Positions 13,790 through 25,300 of a DNA stretch of 64,000 bases are shown here, piece by piece; positions within the stretch are counted from its first letter, which is position 1, and each line of letters opens with the position of its first letter. The notes under the pieces were generated by a model. The model searched no databases. It was not told the DNA's origin and was given only the letters and a program-made list of their open reading frames with translations. The DNA is taken from assembly GCA_977017645.1 (NCBI GenBank), contig OZ360252.1, positions 18,104,001-18,168,000 on the forward strand. The letters are read 5' to 3'. The stretch is from Torpedo marmorata. Taxonomy: Eukaryota. The position numbers were made by a program, and so were the translations under genes.

Positions 13790-15070
13790 GCGTCACAGCT
13801 GGGTAAGGTTGGCCTTCATAAATGAAAATATTTAGTGCAAGAGTTGGTGTGTTCGGTTGAAGTTCTAATACATTTTCAGGCCATATTTGGAGTATTGTGC
13901 GCTATTTTGATCACCGGCCGACAGGAAAGACATCAATACGATTGCAAGGGTGCAAAGAGAATTTACAAGTATGTTTTCTGCACTTGAACAGCTAGTTATC
14001 GGGTAAGATCAATAGGACTTTACTGCATGGAGCCTCGGAGAATGAGGGGAGATTTGATGGAGGTATGACAAGCTATGAAGTTATCGATACGGTCATTGCC
14101 AACAGGCTTTTTACGACTGAGATTGGGCGAGACAAGAACCAGAGCACATGGCATGAGGGTGACCCGCGGGGCCCAGCCGCCCAGTCGACTGCCGTCGGCT
14201 CCGCACGGGCTTTGAACGGTCCGTTAACGGAGCCGACGGTGGTTTTATTTAAGATCCCGCGACCACGGGGTCTGCGCCCAAGATGGCAGCGCCGTTTAAG
14301 CGGCAGCAGCCACGAGGGGCTGCAGACTCCGGGGAAGCGGAGGACTGGTGCAGGGCACCAGAGGACGCTAAGAGCACCCCCACCCCCCGTCTGAGAAATA
14401 GAAGCGGTGGAGACGACCCACGGGACGCTGACCACGGCGGCAGACCAGTGAGGGGATCTGAGGCTGAAGGACCAGTGCATGCGGCGGGCTGCTGGCGACT
14501 CGAGGCGAGGAACCCGCGGAGCCTGTAGGGTGCTGGAGACTGCTGTCGGGGCACTCACGCAGGGCTGCGGACTGCTGGAGGCTGGCTCGAACTGGCTGGA
14601 GGAGTACAAGGTATCGGAACCGGGATGCGAGGATGTGCCGAGGGCGACCTGACCGTGTTGGAGGTTCGGTTCTGGAGCTCGGGTTGCCGATGGTTTGGAC
14701 TGGTCTCTGTGTGACTGCGGAGGCTGCGAAAGCGCTGGAGGCGAATCTGCAGACACTAGGTGACTCTGGGGGGACACTCATTTGCTTCTCTTTCTCTGAC
14801 TGTAAGGAATGATAGAGGCGCTTAGGCAATTTCTGCCGGTGGGGAATCTGTCTGCCGTGCAGCAGGCAAAACGAAATTTCATGGAATATGACACTGTCTT
14901 ATTACTATGACAATAAATTGAATCTTGAATCTTGAAAGTGAAATATTAAAGGGATCATTAGGGGGCACATCTTCACCCCGAGGGTGGTGAGAGAGTGGAA
15001 CGAGCTGCGAGCGGAGGTGCTGGATGCCGGTGTCATTCACGCTGAACATTACGAGCATTAAAAATTGAGT
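13790..15070 (+). mobile_element. CR1 LINE 3' fragment interrupted by retroposon copy C
   Basis: RPYLEYC-type and RMRGDL-type coding sequence; GAGGGTGA | AAGTGAAATATT rejoins across the insert. Confidence 0.8.
14163..14935 (+). mobile_element. GC-rich non-autonomous retroposon, copy C (5'-truncated)
   Basis: High similarity to copies D and E; ends ATGACAATAAATTGAATCTTGAATCTTGA. Confidence 0.85.
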
Positions 15071-15314
15071 GGAAATCAGGGAGTGTCCCTGTGCATTTAA
15101 TATTTTGCACAATGACTTGGCATGATAAATCGAGTCCTCTCAGATGGATGTAAATAATACCATACTATATTCCTTTTACCCCTTTTTGGTGGCAGGGCAG
15201 CTGGAGATTTTACAATCATCACACAAATTGGCTCTTTTGGGAAATTAATGGCATTTCGTTTTAAAAATCCTGCAACTGATTTCAGCCTTGGAAATCCAGA
15301 TGCTGTTCAATTGT

Positions 15315-15330
15315 TGGCCACTAGAGGGCA
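15315..15330 (+). promoter_or_regulatory. Candidate CTCF binding site
   Basis: TGGCCACTAGAGGGCA closely matches the CTCF core consensus; TGCTGTTC 6 nt upstream resembles the ZF9-11 upstream motif. Confidence 0.55.
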
Positions 15331-15374
15331 ATGTGGATCGTCACTGCCGACATCAAAGGATAGTTGTTTCCGAG

Positions 15375-17050
15375 TTAAAAACACCAAAATGCTGGAAGAA
15401 CTCAGCCGGTCTTTCCAGCATATGTAGGGGATAAAGGTTTATTGCCGACGTTTCGGGCCTGAGCCCTTCTTCAAGTAAAAATCAGAATAAGGAAGAGGAA
15501 GGGATTTTCAGAAAGTCTCAGAATTCAAACAATGGGGGAGGAATCCAGACCAACAAAAGGTGTTAATTGGATGAGATAAGGGTGTAGGTAAGAATTTATC
15601 ATGTCTGTGCGAAAGGAGACAGGGAATGGAGAGACGACGGGGCAAGAAGGGGTTGGGTTTTTTCAACGAAAGCAAGAGAGGTCCATATTAATGCCATCAG
15701 GGTGGAGGGTGCCTAATCAGAAGATGAGGCGTTGTTCCTCCAATTTAGGGGTGGTCTCAGTCTGGCAGTGCATGAGACCATGGACAGTCATGTCGGCAAG
15801 ACAATGGGATGGAGAATTGAAATGGGTGGCCACTGGGAGATCCACGCTATTGCGGTGCACAGAGCTGAGCTGCTCAAAAAAGCGAACTCTCCAGTCTGCG
15901 CCCAATCTCTCCAATGTAGAGGAGACCACAACGGGAGCACTGGATGAAGTAGATGACCCCTGCAGATTCACATGTGAAATGTTGCATCACTTTGAAGGAC
16001 TGTTTGTGGCCCCGAATGGTGCTGATGGAGGAAGTGTGGGCGCAAGTGGAGCATCTCCTGCAGACACAGGGGTAGGTCCCAAGGGCACGATTGGTGGGAA
16101 GGGAGGAGTGGACATGGGAGTAACGGAGGGAGCGGCCCTGCGGAAGGCAGAGAGGTTAGGAGAATATGTTTCCAGTGGTGAGATCATGTTGTAGGTGACG
16201 GAAATGGCGGAGAATGATGTGTTGGATGCGGAGGCTGGTGTGGTGGTTGGTGAGGACAAGGGGAATCCTGTCCTTACTGCGCGTGGGGACGGAGGGGGCC
16301 AGGGCAGATTGCGGGTAATGGAGGATATGCGTGTGAGTGCCGCGTTGATGGTAGTAGAGGGAAAGCCACGTTGTTTGAAGAAAGAGGACATCTCTAATGA
16401 TATGGGACCGAAATCCTCATCCTGGAGGCAGATGCGACTGAGACGGAGGAATTGAGAGAATGGACTCCTCTACATCGGAGAGACTGGACGCAGACTGGGA
16501 GAACTCTTTATTGAGCACCTCCACTCTGTCGGCAGCAATAGCGTGGATCTCCCAGTAGCCACCCATTTCAATTCTCCATCCCATTCCCTTGCCGACATGT
16601 CTGTCCATGGTCTCATGCACTGCCAGACTGAAACCACCCGTAAATTGGAGGAACAACACCTCATCTTCAGACTGGGCACCCTCCAACTGAATGGCATTAA
16701 TATCGACTTCTCTGGCATTCGTTAGAAAAACCCAACTCCTTCTTCCCCCGACGTCTCTCCATCCCCTGTCTCCTTTCGCACAGAAATGATACATTCTAAC
16801 CAAGACCTTTATCATATCCAATTAACACCATTTGTTGGTCTGAATTCCTCCCCCATTGTTTGAATACTGAGACTTTCTGAGACTTCCATCTTCTGCCTTA
16901 TTCTGATTTTTCCTTGAAGAATGGATCAGGCCCGAAACGTCGGCAATATATGTTTGTCTCCTGTAGATGCTGAAAAGACCGGCTGAGTTCCGCCAGCATT
17001 TCGGTGTGTTTATTACAATCACAGCGTCTGCAGCCTTTCGTATTTCACTC
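15375..17050 (-). mobile_element. Penelope-like element with an inverted pseudo-LTR
   Basis: Minus-strand body 15375-16470 (MSSFFKQRGFPS..., DLPVATHFNS...KLEEQRLIF) followed directly by an inverted copy of the 3' pLTR at 16471-17050. Confidence 0.88.
15444..15475 (-). ncRNA. Minimal type I hammerhead ribozyme-like motif in a Penelope pLTR
   Basis: Minus strand reads UUGAAGA-A-GGGC-UCAG-GCCC-GAAA-C-GUC-GGC: core, intact helix II, palindromic ACGU helix III and a GUC triplet; U replaces C3. Confidence 0.55.
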
Positions 17051-17069
17051 TCATCGTTTACGAGTCAAC

Positions 17070-17920
17070 CAGGAAAGTCTGCAGACGCTTTGATTGTAGT
17101 GCAATGCACAAAGGTGCTGCAGAAACACAACAAGTCACGCGTCATCTGTAGGAAGTAAAGAGCAACCAACGTTTCCGGCCTGCGTCCTTCATCAAGGAAT
17201 AAGCAAAAGCAGGTAGGCGCCTGGATACAGAAAAAAGATAAGGGCAGCAGAGGAGAGGAGGGAAGACGCGGCAGGGGAGGTGCACAGGCTAACAGGCAAG
17301 AGGACGGAGGTGGTTATGGTTTGGAGGGCAGAAGAGAATACAGAGAAGTGATGGAAGAAGTGGGTGACTCTCTGAATGGAGAGGGAAGGGGTGAGGAGCT
17401 GAAGGAAAGGAGACAGAGGGATATGGAAATACAGAAGAGAGACTGGGGAAGGGACATAAAGCAAAACACAGACGTCATAATTGATGCCATCGGGTTGAAA
17501 CGATCTCCTAATTTGTGTCCAGTCACTCCGATGTGGAGGACAGGATGTAGTCGATTACCCCTGCCGACTCACTAGTGAAGAGTTCTTTCACTTGGAAGGA
17601 CTTCTTAGGGTCCCGAACGGTTGTGACAGACGAAGTGCTAACGCAAGGGTAGTATATCCTGCGGTCACAGGGGTAGGTACCTTGGGTTTTCGGATAAGTG
17701 GGAAAGGATGAGTGGACGAAGGGGTCTCGGAGGAAGATGTCCCAGCTGAAGGTGGAGAGGGAAGAGGAGGGGATGATGTGTCTGGTGAAGGGATCTAGGT
17801 GGAAGTGTCCGAAATTGCAGAGGATAATAAGTTGGATGCGGAAGATCGTGGGTGGTAGGTGAGGAAAAGGGAAATCCACTGCTTGTTGCGTCTTAGGGCA
17901 GAGGGGGCCAGGGCAGATGT
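17070..17920 (-). mobile_element. Penelope-like element 3' fragment
   Basis: ORF 17523-17879 (TYPCDRRIYY...DPKKSFQVKELFT) plus a pLTR with a hammerhead-like motif at 17165-17197. Confidence 0.8.
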
Positions 17921-18891
17921 GAGGTTTCGAGGATGATAAACCATTGTTGAAGATACAAAGCGTTAAATCATATCCTCTTCAATATGAAGTAAAAAGAAGC
18001 TAAAATTCAATATAAATCTGAATAATTATGCTGAATAAATGCAGATAGGGAAATTCTTTTGACCGACCGATTTCCTTACTCTACAGAAAGCATCGAGTGC
18101 TTTCCCAATCCAGTGTTCATCCGCAGTGAATATGCAGCTGGTATCTGAGCTATCCTTCCCTACTCCGCATAGCATGAGAGAGCGGATCGTTTGTCTATAA
18201 CCACAGTGCAGCGGTGATAGGTGAAGACCCAAGGTTGAGCCTGATGCTTCATTTTCTATCCTTGAAACAAATCCCAGGCCGAGTCTTACGTGAATATAAT
18301 GCTTTCCAGTCGCGTCATTGATCACTGGGAATTCTTATGCTGGTGGCAGACCCTGCCGCTTGCTGGTATCACGGATATTTCTACAATTACGGGAACAGTT
18401 ACATTCCCAAAGACAGGGGCTCTAGGTGGCATTCAAGAACAAATTAATTCCGGCATGTTTATTCTGGTGGCACACGTTATCATGCGTCCTGGACACAATG
18501 ATAACCATTCCATCGGATGTTGCTCAACAATGAGGCCTGATTGGCTAACAGTCTCGGAATTAGTATCGGTTCAGTGATTCATCTGGTGCAATGCAGACAA
18601 ATGTTATTTGGAAAATCGTGGAGTGCATGCACAAACGTGCTGGAGAAACTCAGCAGGTCATACCTGAAAAAAGGACAGGGGCTCGAAACGTTGGTTATCT
18701 TTTTAATATGCATGGATGTTGCGTGATCTGCTGAGTTGCTCCAGCAGGTTTATGCATTGGAAACATCGTTAAGGATCAAGATGCACAATCAGTGCTCAAC
18801 CTTCATAAACATTGGCTGCAAATGTGTAAAGAAGCGCATTGTGAATCCTTCTGTTAATTTATGGTCTACTTCAAGTAAATTTTAAGGTTAG

Positions 18892-20888
18892 GATACAAGA
18901 CACCCTCAATCATGGTTGCCGCATGCATCAACCTTGGGGCCCTCCTCCTCGCTGAGCTAATGGCGCTGATGACGATAGTGCAGAGAAGGTCGGGGAGATG
19001 AGTTGAGTTTCAAAGTTCACGCTGCATTCTGATACTTGATTGTTCTTATTTTATTCAAACTGATGTTTGTGGCACATTCCTAAAAAGCTTATCTGCGTTA
19101 CAGTGAATAAGCGTCTCCCTCTCTTCCACAGGTGCAGTGATGCTCACCCGTTGCTTTTTACCAAGCAATTTATGAAGACATTGAGAATACACTGCCTGGT
19201 AAGAATTTCAGTCATCCACAGGGTTCAGGTGTGTATTTGCATTTGACATCCACTCTTCAACTGACAAGTATCGCACACACTTCTATAATCCACAAGTAGG
19301 AAGAAATAAAATTTGTAAACAAACATTGTGGTGGCTGGAAACAGGAGGCCCTCTCGCGTTTGAAGAGAGAAAATATTTATAAACCTTCACAATTCAATCT
19401 CATATTTGTATTATCACTCTAACTTTTCACCCCATTGAAGACATCCGCTCTATTTACTTATCCACCTACTTCCCTTATTCCCCGAATGTTGAAACTGCAT
19501 TTAACACGCATTAATCCACTTCTGATGGAAGAATTCCGGACCGTTTTTAACTCTGCTCCTTCTTCCCGAATTATTTGTGATGACAATATCGAGCAGATGC
19601 GAACAAATATCAGGAATATTCCCACATCAAGGATGATCATGATAGTAAGATTATTTCTGCATCCATCTTTGTGATCACACGTGCCATGTGGTACTTCTCC
19701 ATAAATCAGCGGTTCTTTAAAATTGAGATTAAATCGACATTTAACAATTTTCTCTTTTGCTCCAACCGGCCTGCCCTAATTGTCTGAGGACATCAATAGC
19801 ATTAACATTCGAATGGATGTAGTTCATCTGCACAATTGGCACGGTTGGAGTCGCGACCAATTGTCGAATCCGGCGATGTCTGTCGGAGTTTGTAATTTCT
19901 CGCCGTAACTTGCGTGGGTTTTCCCCGCGTGCTCCGGTTTACTCCCACCCTCCACAACGTACGGGATGGGTCGTTTAATAAGGTATAATTGGGGTGAAAG
20001 GGATGAAATGGCCGGAAAGAGCTTCTGCCCTAAAATAAAATAACCATTTTCATAAGCAAACTTGGTGGTTGCATTGAATGATATTCTGCAAGTGTGTCGT
20101 GTGGCATTCCACGATCCGCATTGTTATAATAAAGCATTTGTGAATTCTGCCTCAATGCCCAAAATAATCTCCACATTAACTGTCAATTGCATTGACTTCT
20201 AGCATCTGGTTCCATTGATTTCATCAATCAAATTGAATATGACAGGAGCGACCCTTCGGATGGTGCTTTCCTGGAGCTCATGGAAACCGTTCCCGTCTTA
20301 ATGTTTTAACACTTATTCGTGGGAGGGGGGTTCCACTTTATATTATTTTACTTTATTCTGTTTGTTATCAACGTCTATTCCCGCACGTACGACGTGAAAT
20401 AACAGAGAATAGAACGATTGTAAAAATGAGTTTGTGTGAAGCTTGTGAACAGATTTGAACATGAAACAAATGTCCGGAGTGTAGCCAGGTGTGCAATGAA
20501 ACGATGCAATGGCCATTATTTGTTTGATCAGAGTGCTTTGTAGGCATTGAAATATGAAATGAGCGTGCATTCTAAGTGCGCTGTTGAGTCGTTAATATCC
20601 AGGAATCTGATCAACATATTTCCTCCGACAAACAGCGCATCACGAGAGAAAAAAAAACAAAAAACGTTGCATCCTGCGAACAAAAGCTCGCTACTGAACA
20701 ATGATTTACAGGAATGTCACTTTGTCTTGTCATTGACAATCTTTACGTCCTCCTCGATCTGGAACCTGCAGCCTATGACCGCGCTGGCAGCAAAACCATT
20801 GATTCCCAAGACTGTCTGTTTCGGGTGGGCGATGGTGCTGATGATCCGCTCATGCTCACGGTTGTCCACGGTGATACCGACAATATTG
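18892..20888 (+). pseudogene. Inverted pseudogenic copy of the SRCR receptor TM and cytoplasmic exons
   Basis: Exon paralogs at 18892-19002 (TM; TGA stop, donor GT>TT), 19132-19228 (YEDI; 11-nt deletion), 20203-20303 (10-nt deletion, donor lost) and 20757-20888 (acceptor lost); introns also align with about 35220-40010 in reverse complement. Confidence 0.88.
19838..20040 (+). mobile_element. tRNA-derived SINE (V-SINE/HE1-like), degenerate
   Basis: GGAGTTTG..TTCTC.CCGT...GCGTGGGTTTTCCCC..GTGCTCCGGTTT core; its paralog sits at about 37440-37635 in the inverted duplicate. Confidence 0.7.
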
Positions 20889-21129
20889 GTGCGTTCAATC
20901 TCCGTTAGACCCGCATTAGACAGTTCTCTGTGGGGGCCACGTTTTGCAGCAGAGCTAAGAAGACGCGGGCCCGAGGGCTCCCCAGAAGAATCCAAACTAA
21001 AGCCTTTAAAAACGCCCAGACTCACCTTCAAACAAGCTCAATAGCTATAATATGATCAGAAAACGGAAAAATAAGCAAGGTAATTTAATCAACGACCACA
21101 ACTCAGCGTCTGCAGCAAAAACCATAAAC

Positions 21130-22265
21130 CGGCTTTCCAAGTGAAACTACACTTCACTTGTACATCCAGAGAACTTATTTACTTCCTTTGTGGCTTTCTC
21201 TACATCGGAGAGACCAGTCATAGATTGGGAGATCTCTTCGCTGAGCACCTCCTCTCCGTACGCAACAACAGCGACCTCCCAGTAGCCAACCATTTCAATT
21301 CCGGGTCACACTCCCACATTCACATTTCTGTCCATGGCCTTATGTACTATCCCACACAGACTACCCGCAAATTGGAGGAACAACATCACATTTTCCGTCT
21401 GGGCACTCTCCAGCCAGATGGCATTAACGTTGACTTTTCTGCTTTCCACTAAACCTGCTTGTCGTTTCCTTCCCCTCCCCCCTCACCTGTCCTTCCTGTT
21501 TTTCCACCCATCCAGCCATCCCTCCTCCCCTTCTTTGCTGCTGTCCCCTCCCTCCTTTCTCAACCTATTATCTCCTGCCTTTGCCACCCCCTTCCCCCCT
21601 CACTCTTTTGTTCGGACGCCTGCCGGCATTTTCTCATACTTTGATGAAGGACTCAAGCCCGAAACGTCGGTTATGTATTTCTACCTTTGCTACATAAAAT
21701 ACACTGTTTGACCTGCTGAGTTTCTCCACCATTTGTATTTTTTACACTATCCATGCCGACGTGTCTGTCCATGGTGCCATGCACTGCCAGACTGAGGACT
21801 ACCGCAAATTGAAGGAACATCGCCTGATATTCCGTCTGGGCACCCTCCAACCAGATGGCATTAACATCGAGTTCTCCGGTTTCCATTCGTCGCCCCGCCC
21901 CCACTAGTTTCCTCTTCCCCTTCCGTTTGTCCGCTTTCCTGCAGCGGTGTCTCTCCCTCTCTCTTTCCCTTTCCCTCTGATCTCCTTTCCTGCAGCTCTG
22001 CATTCACATGGCCACCCCCTCGTCCGATCAGTTCTTCTCTTTCCTCTCCTGCCCTCCATGTCCAATTATCGCCTTTTGCCTGTTGGCCTGTGCTCCTCCC
22101 CCTGCTCTTTCTTCTCTCCTCCCCCAGCCTTTTAGTTCTGGCGCCTGCCTGCTTTTTGCTCTTGAAGAAGGGCTCAGTTCAGAAATGTTGGTTATATACC
22201 TTTATCTACTATGGACGCTGCGTGACCTGTTGAGTACCTCCAGCATTTTTATGTTTTTACTTTGG
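21130..22265 (+). mobile_element. Two tandem Penelope-like 3' ends/pLTRs
   Basis: ORF 21141-21452 (LYIGETSHRLGDLFAEHL...KLEEQHHIFRLGTLQPDGIN) is the GIY-YIG end; a second partial copy starts near 21748; both carry a hammerhead-like motif. Confidence 0.85.
21635..21675 (+). ncRNA. Minimal hammerhead ribozyme-like motif in a Penelope pLTR
   Basis: CAUACU-UUGAUGA-A-GGAC-UCAA-GCCC-GAAA-C-GUC-GGUUAUG; one helix II mismatch. Confidence 0.45.
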
Positions 22266-22469
22266 ATTGTACAATCCTCTTTTCATCGATATTTTTGAAA
22301 TAGTTCTTCAAATCAGAAAACAAATGCATTTAAATTCTTCCATGGATTATCATCTGAATTAAACGCTTACACTCTCATGCAAACTGAATTTGTGATCATA
22401 TTTTGTCATTGTTAAAAACATAGGAAATTGATAGACGTTCCGCAATTTGCAATAAGCCTTCGCAATTAG

Positions 22470-22880
22470 ACAATAGATAATAGGAGGTGGAGTAGGCCCT
22501 TTGGCCCGTCGAGCCAGCACCGCCATTTTAAAGATCATGGCTGATCACTACTATCAGTACCCCTTTCCAGCCTTATCCCAATAACCCTTAACTCCTCTGC
22601 CCACTAGAGTCTTATCTAAATCTCTTTTGAACATAATCAGCGAATCTGCCTCTACCAACCTCTGTGGCAAAGCATTCCACAGATTCACACTTCTCTGGGT
22701 AAAAATGTTTTGCCTCATCTCCGTCCTAAAGGGTCTTCCCTGTATTCTGAAACTATGCCATCTAGTCCTCGTCTCTCCCATCATTGGGAACAAGTAATCG
22801 GACTTCACCCTGTCTATCCCCTTGATAATCTTGTATACCTCAATCATGTCCCCCCTCATCCTTCTAAACTCCATCGGATA
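22470..22880 (-). mobile_element. CR1 LINE 3' end
   Basis: ORF 22554-22874 (EFRRMRGDMIEVYKI...FTQRSVNLWNALP) plus 3'UTR. Confidence 0.9.
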
Positions 22881-22979
22881 TTGCCGTCCGCAACTTTCTA
22901 AATGAAAGCATTTTTGTCCGTGGTACTTCTCATTGGAAATGTTGATGAATCATATTCAGTGTCGCGAAATTAGACTTCT

Positions 22980-24720
22980 GATATATACCACGTGAAGAGT
23001 CCATTCGGCCTTCCAAATATGCACGGATCAATAACCACCCAACTATAAATTAATGTTATTGTTATTTCCCACAATTCTCAGCGACTCCCTGCAGATTCTG
23101 CCACATAAACACATATGACAGAGACCTTCGAGTGGTCAGTTAATCTATTATAACACTCGTCTTTCGGTTGAGGAAGAAAATTCATCGCACAAAGCAAAAA
23201 CACAGGGCCACACAGAGAGCGTGTAAAATCCACACAGATTTTAGCTGAGGGCAACACTGACCCTCTAGTTTCCGGGACACTGAAGAAGCGACACGACTTG
23301 TTGAAAAAAATTATTAAAAGCATCATATTTTAAGTTATTTCGTGACGAAGGATAACATTCGCTTATATATTATGACATGAAGACTGTGAACGAGAGATTG
23401 CACAAGTCATAAATCTGCAAAATTGCTTTGCTGAAAAATTTGAGGGGGATAGATAGAGTTGATGTGGATAGACCTTTTCCATTGAGAATAGGAGAGTTGA
23501 ATACAATAGGTCATGGGTTGAGGGTTGACGAGAAAAGGTTCAGGAGTAACATGAGGGGGAATCTCCTTACTCAGAGAGTGGTTGATGTGTGGAATGGGCT
23601 TCTGGGAGAGGTGGTGGAGGCAGGATCAATTCTGTAATTTAAGCAAAAATTGGATAGGTGTATGGATGGGAGGGGAATGGAGGGATATGGGAAGGGTACT
23701 CGTAGGTTGGTTTAGAGGAGGGTACTTGGATCGGTGCGGACTAGAAGGGCCGAACTGACTTGTTTCCGTGCTGTAGTTGTCATATGGTTCTATGGTCTCG
23801 GGAGGATGTAAACACTCCCACTCAAAATTCCCTTTGCCGTTTCAGAGGCATCTGGAAATATGTTAATCATTACCAGATTGGCTTCCTTGGGGAAACAGAT
23901 GGTAATTAGCCTCAAAACACAACAGCTGGTCTCAGCGGTCGGGAATCCAAGTACTGCTCCATTTTTGGCAGGTTGAGGGCACATGTGAACTTTCAGCATA
24001 GAACGCAAGAGGGCGCTGTGAATGAGGTTTCTCATAACGAGGTATCCTTGTTGAAGATGTTTTATTGATTGAGTGGTAAATCATTACACCAAGCTTAAAA
24101 GACGTAAAACTATGCAAAATAGAATAATGATATAAAAATGCCGCTGAAGGTAATCTGACATGCCAGTTTCCTCACTCTACAGAAAGCAACAGGAACTTTC
24201 TCAGGCACAGTGTATTCCTGTTTGTGGGATTGTGTTGAGTCCACAGGAAATCGGGCTTTCTGACGTTAGTCCAGAACCGGCCACATTAGGTTCCGTGTTG
24301 TTAACAACCTCCCTTCCACCAGTAGATTTAAAGACTAGAAAGCTTTGCTCAGCTCTCCACTCTTGGAAAACACGGGGTGTGATGCTGCACATTTATAGCC
24401 AGTGAATCCCAGAACATGGCATTAATACATAATCAGCAATGCAGAGGGATTAAAGTAGAATACTTGGAAACATAGAGGCTGGATAAAGGCTCTTCACCGC
24501 CTTTGGAAAGGTTTTTGTGTGTAGAAGATGTTGATCTAAATTGAAAATCACTGATAAGTCCTTAGAGGCATTAATTCATGCAGCACAGGAACAATCTCTT
24601 TGTGCGACATCTCGATGTTGACCATCAAGCACCAATCTATAATTATCTCCATCACCAGCACTTGCTCTTATGTAAATCTACTCCATCAATTGATTCTGAA
24701 TTGTTATAAGAGTACATGCA
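22980..24720 (+). repeat. Old segmental duplication, copy 2 (paralog of about 12480-13780)
   Basis: Colinear with copy 1 except for a CR1 insert at about 23395-23795. Confidence 0.8.
23425..23795 (+). mobile_element. CR1 LINE 3' end
   Basis: ORF 23428-23637 ([14 protein letters not shown]...TQRVVDVWNGL) plus an ATGGTTCTATGG tail. Confidence 0.88.
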
Positions 24721-24779
24721 TCCAGCACACCTGCACTTATCCAAATGTGTTCCAGGTTGCAATTACAGTCCAGGCGAAA

Positions 24780-25300
24780 ACAAATGTTCATCCGATCTCT
24801 ACCAAACTGCATCCACCTTATGTCAATCCCATGCCGTCTGGTCTGTGAATCCTCTGGCACTCGGACATTTTGTTGCTATCTACCTTGTCTGTGTCTGACA
24901 TAATTTTGTGCACCTCCATCAGGTCCCCACATTGCCTCCTCTTCTCCATGGATAACACACCAAGACTCTCCAGTCTTTCCTCATAATGAATAAATTGCAT
25001 CTCGAGGCACCATGCTTATGAATCTTTTTTGCACCCTCTGCAGCGCCATCACATTCTTTCTATCGCGTGCCAACTGTACCTGCATGCCACAGTCTAGCTG
25101 TGGCCCAGAAGATGCTTTATAAAGTTCATCTCACTTCTCGCCTCATCTGTGTCCCTACCAATGAATGCCAGCGATTTTGCGTGCTTTCTTCACCACTCTA
25201 TTTATCTGTGCTTCCACCTGCAGGATATTTGGGCTTGTACACCAAGTCCGCTTATTCCCATCTGTACGCTCGACATCTCTGCCATTTATGATATATGTTC
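24780..25300 (-). mobile_element. Old CR1 LINE fragment
   Basis: ORF 24818-25000 YEERLESLGVLSMEKRRQCGDLMEVHKIM. Confidence 0.7.

Noticed and set aside
14065-14829. Long overlapping ORFs (up to 234 aa) here and at 284-994, 30747-31636 and 44229-45069
   Set aside because: They fall in the GC-rich retroposon, where stops are rare; frames are not conserved between copies and no domain is recognisable.
20717-21031. Paralogous ORFs 20717-21031(-) and 35180-35437(+) suggesting a novel small protein
   Set aside because: They are antisense shadows of SRCR cytoplasmic exon 3; the splice sites support the opposite strand.
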